This document shows positions 12,060 to 19,857 of a DNA stretch of 64,000 nt, piece by piece. Origin of the DNA: an uncultured delta proteobacterium (GTDB lineage Bacteria > Myxococcota > Myxococcia > Myxococcales > Anaeromyxobacteraceae); assembly GCA_963814585.1 (NCBI GenBank), contig CAWFDF010000014.1, positions 32,001 to 96,000 of the forward strand, in the 5' to 3' direction. A program made the translations under genes and the position numbers. The notes below the pieces were generated by a model that made no database searches, was not told the origin of the DNA, and worked only from the letters and a program-made list of their open reading frames with translations. How positions within the stretch are numbered: position 1 is the first letter of the stretch; every line of letters begins with the position of its first letter.

Positions 12060-12128
12060 GCCGCGAGGTGTAGGCCGCGGGGCCCCGGACGGCAAGGGAT
12101 TCCCGGAGCCTTCCCCGGCCGCGCCCGA

Positions 12129-13442
12129 TCAGCTGGCCCGGGAGGCCCACCAGGCCCGGGCGGCGCCGGAGAGCCCCTCGGCGGTGTTGAGCCCCGGCTC
12201 GTCGAGCACCAGGTCGAGCAGGTGGCGCAGCCCCTCTCCGACGTGCGGACCCGGCGGGCAGCCGAGCCGCGCCATCAGGCCGCGGCCGTCGAGCGCCAGC
12301 GCGCCCGTCTCCAGGGGGGCCCCCGAGTGCAGCTCCCCCTCGGCGCGCGCCCGCAGCCGCCTCGCCGCAGCGCCAGCCTTCGGCCGGCGGGCCGGCGGCA
12401 GCGCCGCCACCTCGGCCTCGCGGAGCGCCAGCAAGGCCTGGACCCGCCCGGGCCCCACCCCCGCCAGCCAGCGGCGAACCACCGGCGGCGAGACCGGATC
12501 GTCCGGCCCGGCCTCGCGCAGGCAGGCGTGGCGGGCCGCCAGGGCCGCCACCTCGGTCGCCACCCGCCCCGGGAACCGCAGGCTCGACAGCAGCCCCTCG
12601 ATCTCCGCGACCGGCGCGGCGTGGAAGAGGGCCGTGAGCCTGAGCGCCAGGTCCGGCGGCTCTCCGCCGATCGCCGCGGCCACCGCGCCGAGGTGGCGCA
12701 GGCGGGCCGGGGGCAGCGCCGCCAGGGGCGGCGCCAGCACCTCCAGCAGCCCGGTGGCGCCGAGCAGGCCGAAGGCCCGGGCCACGTGGCGCGACACCGC
12801 CAGGCGCCCCAGCTCCTCGGCCATCCGCTCCCGCGACACCTGCCGGACCACCGGCACGGCGCCGCGGATGGCCGCGCGCGTGCCGGCGTGGAGGCGGAAG
12901 CCGAGCTGCCCCGCGAAGCGGACCGCCCGCAGGGCCCGCAGGCCGTCCTCGGCGAACCGCTCACGGGCATCCCCCACGGCGCGGAGCACGCCCGCGCCGA
13001 GATCGCGCTGGCCTCCGAACGGGTCGACCAGCTCCAGCGCCAGCGGGTCGAAGGCCATGGCGTTGATGGTGAAGTCGCGCCGGGCCAGGTCGGCCTCGAG
13101 GTCGGTGTGGAAGGTGACCGAGCCGGGGCGGCGGCCATCCGTGTAGGCCCCCTCGCCTCGGAAGGTGGTCACCTCCACCTTGAGCCGGTCGGGCGCGAGG
13201 ATGGTGACGGTGCCGTGGTCGATGCCGGTGGGGATGACCCGCGGGAAGAGCTCCATCACCTGCTGCGGCGTGGCCGGGGTGGCCAGGTCGAAGTCGAGCC
13301 CCTGGCGAGCCCGGCGAAGCAGGAGGTCCCGCACCGCGCCGCCGACCACGTAGGAGCGGTGGCCCTTGGCGGCGAGCCGCGTGAGCACGCCGAGCACGGC
13401 GGGGGGGAAGACGGCGCTGCGCAGCGGCGCGGGGAGCGGCAT
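12129..13442 (-). CDS. cca: tRNA nucleotidyltransferase (CCA/A-adding, class II)
   Basis: VGGAVRD, DFDLAT, EVTTFR, DLARRDFTINAMA, RFAEDGLRALRAVRF, VSRERM. Confidence 0.9.
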   Translation of the reverse strand: MPLPAPLRSAVFPPAVLGVLTRLAAKGHRSYVVGGAVRDLLLRRARQGLDFDLATPATPQQVMELFPRVIPTGIDHGTVTILAPDRLKVEVTTFRGEGAYTDGRRPGSVTFHTDLEADLARRDFTINAMAFDPLALELVDPFGGQRDLGAGVLRAVGDARERFAEDGLRALRAVRFAGQLGFRLHAGTRAAIRGAVPVVRQVSRERMAEELGRLAVSRHVARAFGLLGATGLLEVLAPPLAALPPARLRHLGAVAAAIGGEPPDLALRLTALFHAAPVAEIEGLLSSLRFPGRVATEVAALAARHACLREAGPDDPVSPPVVRRWLAGVGPGRVQALLALREAEVAALPPARRPKAGAAARRLRARAEGELHSGAPLETGALALDGRGLMARLGCPPGPHVGEGLRHLLDLVLDEPGLNTAEGLSGAARAWWASRAS

Positions 13443-13598
13443 GTCACGGAGCGTACCGCGGGAGGCCGCGGGCCGACAGCGGACGACGGAGCCGGGGCCC
13501 GCCACCCGCGGCCACGCGCCAGCGCGGCGGAGGCGGATCGGCGCCGGCCGGCTGGCTGCCCCCATTCCCCACCGGCCCAATCGGGTACCATGCGGGGC

Positions 13599-14171
13599 AT
13601 GTCCGTCGATGGCCGGGTCGCCGCACTGCTCGCCGAGCGCGACTTCAAGAGCGCCGCGGAGGTGGTCATGCGGGAGTACGGACCCGGCGTCCGCGGGCTC
13701 CACCTGACCATCTTCCGCCGGAACCCGGACGCCGCCGAGGAGGCGTTCTCGCTCTTCGCCGAGAACCTGTGGCGCTACATCGGCGGCTTCCGCGGCGAGG
13801 CGTCGGTCCGGACCTGGGTCTACACCATGGCGCGCAACGCGGCCGTCTCGGTCACCCGGGAGGGGTGGCGCAAGCTGGGCCGTCGCCTGGACACCGTCGA
13901 GGCCGACCGGCTCGCCGAGGAGGTGCGCACCCGTTCGGCGCTTCGCCTGGAGCGCCAGTCCACCGCGCTGACGGCGCTGCGCGACGCCCTGGACCTGGAC
14001 GAGCAGACGCTGCTCACGCTGCGCCTCGACGAGCGGCTGCCGTGGGACGAGATCGCCCAGATCATGTCGTCGGAAGGCGAGCCGATCGATGCCGCGACCA
14101 TCCGGAAGCGCTTCGAGCGGCTCAAGGCCAAGCTGGGCGAGCTGGCGAGGCAGCAGGGACTGATCGGGTGA
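13599..14171 (+). CDS. ECF-type RNA polymerase sigma factor
   Basis: Region 2 (AEEAFS...FRGEASVRTWVYTMARN) and region 4 (LLTLR...WDEIAQIM...TIRKRFERLK) only. Stop overlaps the kinase start (GTGA). Confidence 0.88.
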   Translation: MSVDGRVAALLAERDFKSAAEVVMREYGPGVRGLHLTIFRRNPDAAEEAFSLFAENLWRYIGGFRGEASVRTWVYTMARNAAVSVTREGWRKLGRRLDTVEADRLAEEVRTRSALRLERQSTALTALRDALDLDEQTLLTLRLDERLPWDEIAQIMSSEGEPIDAATIRKRFERLKAKLGELARQQGLIG

Positions 14172-17097
14172 CGACGCAGGAGTCCAGGGACCCGGGCTCG
14201 CTCTCCCGCCTCCTCGAGGAGCTGGCGGAGGTCCCCCGCCCCGACGTTCCCGCCGCCTACGCGGCCGGGCTCCGGCCTGGCACCCGGGTCGGCCGCTTCA
14301 TCATCGAGCGCGAGATCGGACGGGGGGCTTCGGCGTGGTCTACGCGGCCCTGGACCCGGAGCTGGGGCGCACCGTGGCGCTGAAGCTGCTCAAGCCCGGC
14401 AGCAGCCCGGCGCGCAAGGGCGGCGAGTGGCTGCGTCGGGAGGCCGAGGCGGTGGCGCGGCTGGGACACGCCAACATCGTCACGCTGCATGACTTCGGCC
14501 GCACGCCCGGCGGCGCCTACCTGGTCTTCGAGCTGCTGCGGGGCGAGACCCTGTCGGCCCGCCTGGGCCGTGGGCCGCTGCCCGTCGAGGAGCTGGTCCA
14601 CGTCGGCCTCTCGGTGGCCAGGGCCCTGGCCCACGCCCACGCCGAGAGCGTCCTTCACCGTGACCTCAAGCCGGCCAACATCTTCCTGTGCTCGAACGGC
14701 ACGGTGAAGGTGCTCGACTTCGGCATCGCCCACCTCTTCGAGAAGGACGGGCCCTCGACGGGCGGGACGCCGGCCTACATGGCGCCGGAGCAGTGGTGGG
14801 AGGAGACGGGAGACGCCCGCAGCGACCTGTTCGCCCTCGGCGTCCTGCTCCACGAGATGCTCACGGGCGCCCTCCCGTTCGGGAAGAGCGGCGTCGGCAA
14901 GTCAGCGCCGAAGCTCGCCGCCACCGTGCCCAGGGATCGGGCCCCCGCCAGGCTCCGGAAGCTCATCGAGGCGCTGACCCAGCTCGACCCGGAGGCGCGT
15001 CCGGCCTCCACCCACCTGGTGGTGCAGGAACTGGAGGCGATCTCGTCGGCGCTGCGGGAGCGACGGCGTCCCTGGCTGCTCGCCGGACTCGCCCTCGCGG
15101 TGCTGGCGGTGGGCGCCATCGGAGTCGTGGCGGGGCTCCGGCGGGAGCCCCCGGCCGGCGAGATGATCACGGCCGCCATCGCCGACGCCGAGAACGCCAC
15201 CGGCGATCCCGATCTCGACCGCCTCGCCGATCTGGTGGCCGTCGCCCTCGGCGAGTCGCGCCGGGTCCGGGTGATCTCGAGGGATCGGCTCCTGGCCGCC
15301 GGCCGCGGCACCAGCGCCGGCGCCGCCCCTCGCGTCGACGTCCGCACCGGCCGGCTCCTCTCCGAGCTGGCCGGGGCGCACGTGCTGCTGGTCCCGGTGG
15401 CGCGTCGGGACGGCGACGCCTTCTCGCTGCAGCTGCGCGGCGAGGCGCCGGATGGTGGGCCCACGCTCTTCACCGCCAGCGCCCGCGCCGGCGGGAAGGA
15501 GGCCATCCCGGCCGCGCTCGATCAGCTCGTCGCCACGGCTCGCCGGGAGCTCCGGGAGCGGACCGACGACCTCAGGCGATCCCCGGCCCAGCTCGCCGCC
15601 ATGACCACCTCCAGCTTGCCGGCCTTCCGGGAGTACGTGGAAGGGGTCGACTGCATGAGCCACCCGGCTCAGGCCGCGGGCCACCTCGGACAGCAGCGCT
15701 GCAAGGACTTCTTCTTGAAGGCCCTGGGTCACGACCCGTCCTTCGCGCTGGCCCACTACCAGCTGGCCTACTTGCTCTCCTCCGGCGGCGCGACGGAGCC
15801 CGAGCTGCGAGCCCACCTGGACGGGGCGCTGCGCTCGCTGCAGCGGCTCTCCCGGCGCGACGCGGCCGTGGTCCGGGCCTGGAAGGCACACCTCGACGGC
15901 CGGGACGACGAGGCGCTGGCCGCGTACGGCGAGGTCCTCTCCGAGCACGCCGACGACCGGCACGTCCTGTTCCTGGCCGGCGATCTCCTCTTCCACCGGA
16001 AGGACTGGGCCGGCGCCACCCCGTACTTCCAGGCGCTGCGCGGGCTCGACCCCGACGCCGAGTGGCCGCTCGACCACCTGGCCACCTGCCTCGCCGTCAC
16101 CGGCCGCACCACGGAGCTTCGCGAGCTGGCGGTGCGCCTGAGCGCTCCGGACGCCACGCCGGGTGGCCGCCGGCTGGCCATCCGGGCGCTGGTCTGGCTC
16201 GGCGATCCGTCCGCCGCCGTGGACCTGGCGCGGCGCCACGTCGACGGCGGGGCCACGGCGGGGGCGCGCCACGACCTGGTCGCCGCCCTCTTCGCCGCGG
16301 GCGACTTCGACGAGGCCGAGCGGGTCACCCGCCAGCTCATCGCCGCCAGCCCGCGCGACCCGGCCAACCGATTGCGGCTCCTCACCATCTACGGCGCCCA
16401 GGGGCGCTTCGCCGAGGCCTGGCTGACGCTTCGGAGCCTGCAGCGGGAGGTCGACGGGCTGCTCCCGGGCGAGCTGGCCCACCTGCGCGCCCTGCTGGCC
16501 GCCGGGGACGGCGAGGTCGAGGTACTCCGGGACGCGGCCATCGCCGCCGTGAAGCTCCAGCCCGATGCGGCGGGCGCTCCGCTGGTCCTGCTGACGCTGC
16601 TGGGAGATCCCGGCCAGGCGCGATCGCTGGCCACCTCGCTCGAGCAGGGCTCGACCGCGGCCCGGGAGGTAGTCGCGCTCGAGGCCTGGCGCCGTGGCGA
16701 GCGCGCCGCGGCGGCGGCCGCGATCGCCCTCCTGGAGCAGCGGGACCCGTGGGCGATGGAGGCGATCTCGCCGGCCTTCCTGCTGGCCGAGGTGACCGCC
16801 GACGGAGGCGAGCCCTCCGAGGTGGTGTCGGCCGTGGCGCGGTTCCACCGGATCTGGCCCGGGGGTCTCTGGCACGGCTGGGCCTGGTCCCGCTCGCTGC
16901 TGCTGGCGGCCCGGGCCGAGGAGCAGCTGGGCCGGGACGTCGAGGCGCGGGCCGCCGCCGATCGCCTGCTCTCCGTCCTGCGGCACGCCGATCCTGGCCT
17001 CCCGCTCCTGGCCGAGGCGCGCGCCCTGCGAAACCGGCTGCGCCGCCGGGAGTCGGGGAACACCACCGTCGCTCCTCCGACGCCGGCGAGGCCGTAG
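14168..17097 (+). CDS. Membrane Ser/Thr protein kinase with extracytoplasmic TPR region, frameshifted in a G run at 14322-14327
   Basis: Adding one G gives IGRGGFGVVY. Then VALK, HRDLKPAN, DFG, GTPAYMAPE, DLFALG, a TM helix and TPR repeats. Confidence 0.9.
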
Positions 17098-17141
17098 TCC
17101 CCCTGATCGGCGCGGCTCCCGGCGCCCACCGCCGTGCCACG

Positions 17142-17167
17142 GGTCACACTCGAGGGGGTGGTTCGTC
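17142..17167 (+). promoter_or_regulatory. Candidate ECF promoter GGTCACA-N13-TTCGTC, copy 1
   Basis: Same bipartite motif with identical spacing recurs at 18927-18952. Lies 70 nt upstream of the small peptide ORF. Confidence 0.6.
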
Positions 17168-17236
17168 CACCTCGCAGCCGGGAGATTCTGACCTCCGGCG
17201 TCAGCCCCTCGAACCGTTCCTGCAAAGGACCACGCC

Positions 17237-17428
17237 ATGGCCACTCGAGACACCCTCCGAATCGCCGACCTCTTCGCCTGGGGGGCCCTGTCGGCCCCGG
17301 GCTGCATCTACCCCGCCACGCAGGAGGCCCCGCACGCCACCCCGGGCAGGTCCGAGCAGGACGACCTCGGCGGCCTCCTCCCCTGGGGCTGCGAGCAGCA
17401 GGAGCAGGAACGGCAGGACCAGGCCTGA
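17237..17428 (+). CDS. Putative RiPP (graspetide) precursor peptide, 63 aa
   Basis: AAGGA RBS. Small ORF directly upstream of an ATP-grasp ligase, with several Thr/Ser and a Glu/Asp/Gln-rich C-terminal half. Confidence 0.6.
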   Translation: MATRDTLRIADLFAWGALSAPGCIYPATQEAPHATPGRSEQDDLGGLLPWGCEQQEQERQDQA

Positions 17429-17501
17429 GCATGGCGACGGCCTCCTCATGGCGGTCTGCGCCGGCCCTGGCCGGACGGCCTCCCAGCGGAGGAGCCCCGC
17501 C

Positions 17502-18515
17502 GTGATCCTCGTCGTCAGCCATCCCGACGACGCCCACGCGGCCCCGGTCATGGGGGCAGTGACGCGAATGGGCATGCGCTGCGTCATGCTCGACCTCGCC
17601 GAGGTGCCACGGCGGGTGCAGCTGGGCTTCTCGGCCGGTCGCGGGGCGACGGGCGCCAGCTTCACGGGGCTGGACGGGGCCCGGATCGACGCCACCCGGT
17701 TCGACGCCGTCTGGTGGCGCCGCCCGCGCCCCTACGTCGTGGACGAGGCCCTCTCGACGTCCTTCGCCGCCTACGCGACCGCGCAGGTCCACACGGCGCT
17801 GTCCGGAATCTGGGGCTCGCTCCGCGCCGCCTGGATGAACGATCCCTGGCTGGACGAGCGGGCCGGGCACAAGCCGGCGCAGCTGGCGGCCGCCGAGGCC
17901 GCCGGGCTGGAGGTGCCGCCCACGCTCGTCAGCTGCGTCCCGGCCGACGCTCGCGCCTTCCTGCAGGAGCAGGGCGAGCAGCGGGTGATCCAGAAGCCGC
18001 TGCGGCCAGATGAGGTGAGCTGGCGGCCCACCCGCTTCGTGACCGAGCGCGACCTGGACCGGCTCGACGACCTGCGGCTCGCCCCCGCCATCCTCCAGGC
18101 CTACGTCCCCGGCACCGACATCCGCGTCACCGCCGCCGGGCACCGGCTCCTCGCGACGGCCATCGACGCCCGGCACACCAGCTCACCGCAGGACTTCCGT
18201 CCCGCCTACGCGCAGGCGCGGGTGTCTCCTTGCGAGTTGCCGGGCGGCGTCGCCGCCGGCGTCCGCGCGCTGCTCCAGGCCCTCGGCCTGCGCTACGCGG
18301 CCCTCGACTTCCGCAGGACCGACGAGGGGCGGTACTACTTCCTGGAGTCCAACCCGGCAGGCCAGTGGCTCTTCCTCGAGGACCGGACCGGCCAGCCCAT
18401 CACGGCCGCGGTCGCCGAGGCGCTGGTCGAGGCGGCGCACGAGGCGCGGAGCGGCGTGGCGGCCAGGCGTCCCGCCTGCCGCGCGGTGGCCGATGTGCGG
18501 AGGCACGCCCGATGA
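17502..18515 (+). CDS. ATP-grasp peptide ligase (MvdC/MvdD/RimK-like)
   Basis: GGAGGAG RBS then GTG. ILVVSHPDDAH, AVWWRRP, WMND...HKPAQLAAA..AGL.VPPTLVS, IQKPL, LQAYVPG.DIRV, LGLRYAALDF, FLESNPAGQWLF. Confidence 0.88.
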   Translation: MILVVSHPDDAHAAPVMGAVTRMGMRCVMLDLAEVPRRVQLGFSAGRGATGASFTGLDGARIDATRFDAVWWRRPRPYVVDEALSTSFAAYATAQVHTALSGIWGSLRAAWMNDPWLDERAGHKPAQLAAAEAAGLEVPPTLVSCVPADARAFLQEQGEQRVIQKPLRPDEVSWRPTRFVTERDLDRLDDLRLAPAILQAYVPGTDIRVTAAGHRLLATAIDARHTSSPQDFRPAYAQARVSPCELPGGVAAGVRALLQALGLRYAALDFRRTDEGRYYFLESNPAGQWLFLEDRTGQPITAAVAEALVEAAHEARSGVAARRPACRAVADVRRHAR

Positions 18516-18844
18516 CGGCGACGCACGCAGCGGAGCCGAGGCGACCTCTCGGCCTGGCGGCGGCCCTGGCCGAGGACGGCGCCGTGATCGTGCTGGTCAT
18601 GGGCTCGGGGCCGGACTCGGACGAGGCCGAGGAGCGCTGCCACCGGCTGGCGCTCGACCCCGGCTTCGAGGCGGTCCGGGTGGTCCGGATTCGCGACCAG
18701 GCCGAGCTGACCGGCCCGCAGCGGGCCTACTGGCTGGCCGGTGATCGTCCCCTGGCGGTCCTCGGGCCGAGGGGACGGGTGGCTCTGCCGCTGGAGCGCC
18801 CCGACGCGGTCGATCTCTTCGTCGCGGTGGCCGCCGTGGCCTGA
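18512..18844 (+). CDS. Hypothetical protein, 110 aa, translationally coupled to the ATP-grasp gene
   Basis: ATGA overlap at 18512-18515 with GGAGG upstream and high-GC3 codon usage. Confidence 0.6.
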   Translation: MTATHAAEPRRPLGLAAALAEDGAVIVLVMGSGPDSDEAEERCHRLALDPGFEAVRVVRIRDQAELTGPQRAYWLAGDRPLAVLGPRGRVALPLERPDAVDLFVAVAAVA

Positions 18845-18926
18845 GAATCAACGTACCGCAAGGACGGCGCTTTCCCCCTTGGGATCGCACCCGGCTGCCC
18901 TGATCGGCGGGGCGCTGCGCCGTCCC

Positions 18927-18952
18927 GGTCACATCCCGTCACGCCATTCGTC
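18927..18952 (+). promoter_or_regulatory. Candidate ECF promoter GGTCACA-N13-TTCGTC, copy 2
   Basis: Matches 17142-17167. Lies 85 nt upstream of the response regulator start. Confidence 0.55.
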
Positions 18953-19036
18953 TGCCTCGGCGACACGGTCTCCACCTGGATTCCGTGAAGGTCGTGTCGT
19001 CTTGCCACCCGGCGCCACCGGCGCCAGAGAGACCGC

Positions 19037-19450
19037 GTGAAGACCATCCTGCTGGTGAACGAGAGCAAGGTGACCCTGGAGCTGATCAAGGTCTACCTCG
19101 TCGGCAAGGACGTGCGGGTGCTGGAGGCCCTCGACGGGATGGAGGCGCTGTCCCTGACCCGCCTGGAGCGGCCAGACCTGATCCTCTGTGACCTGAGGCT
19201 CCCCCGACTCGACGGCCCGGGGCTCTGCCGCGAGCTGAGGGAGGACCCGTCGCTCCGGAGCACGCCGGTCGTCATCCTCTCCAGCGAGAGCGACCAGGAG
19301 ACGCGGCGCACCTGCCGCGAGGCGGGAGCGCGCGGCATCCTCCAGAAGCCCATCGGTCCCCACGAGCTCCACGAGGCCGTCCTGCGCCACGCCGGCATCG
19401 AGGTCGGCCTGACCTACCCCAGGCCGCCCAACCTCGACCGCGCTGGCTGA
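19037..19450 (+). CDS. Single-domain response regulator (CheY-like)
   Basis: Receiver fold: ILLVNES, PDLILCD, PRLDG, VVILSS, LQKP. Confidence 0.88.
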   Translation: MKTILLVNESKVTLELIKVYLVGKDVRVLEALDGMEALSLTRLERPDLILCDLRLPRLDGPGLCRELREDPSLRSTPVVILSSESDQETRRTCREAGARGILQKPIGPHELHEAVLRHAGIEVGLTYPRPPNLDRAG

Positions 19451-19555
19451 GCTGGCGACCGTCGGCGTCGAGGGCTCAGGGCGCTTCCCCTGCACAGGGG
19501 GCGACGCCGCAGCCACCGGCCGAGCCGGTCCACCCGACGATCGCTCACCTGCTAT

Positions 19556-19629
19556 TGGTCCCGGCGGGACTCGAACCCACGGCCTACTGTTTAGGAAACA
19601 GTTGCTCTATCCAGCTGAGCTACGGAACC
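19556..19629 (-). tRNA. tRNA-Arg (anticodon CCT), CCA end not encoded
   Basis: Minus strand GGTTCCGTAGCTCAGCTGGATAGAGCAACTGTTTCCTAAACAGTAGGCCGTGGGTTCGAGTCCCGCCGGGACCA folds as a cloverleaf with ACTGT/ACAGT anticodon stem and TTCGA T-loop. Confidence 0.97.
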
Positions 19630-19857
19630 GGTACGGCCGCCCGCGCCTGCGGGACGGCGGCGGTATACCACCGACATCCAACCACCTCGAAACCTTAGTT
19701 TCGGGTGCTCCCGGTTGACAACTTGCCGCAGCGTTCCGTTAGCATCATCCTGTCCACCTCAGCGCCCGATTCCGCCGTTCACCCTCTTCGCTGCCGGCCC
19801 GGGGTCTCCGATGCAACAACCCACCGCGGAGTGCCCCGGCCTCGGGGGAGGTCGCCG

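Noticed and set aside
12060..12128. Cobalamin or lysine riboswitch upstream of kamD
   Set aside because: The intergenic gap is under 70 nt, too short, and lacks the conserved motifs.
10293..14171. 1292-aa plus-strand ORF
   Set aside because: Only the last ~190 aa (ECF sigma from 13599) look real. The rest is antisense to kamD and cca.
14688..18515. 1275-aa ORF suggesting a giant ATP-grasp fusion
   Set aside because: The upstream part is an off-frame Arg/Gly/Pro-rich reading of the kinase. The ligase has its own RBS and GTG at 17502.
13450..19556. Genomic island integrated at the tRNA-Arg 3' end
   Set aside because: The position is suggestive, but I found no integrase, no duplicated tRNA 3' end near 13.5 kb and no evident GC shift.
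19715..19745. TTGACA...TAGCAT promoter for the roadblock cluster
   Set aside because: Both boxes are good but the spacer is 19 nt, so it was not called as a feature.
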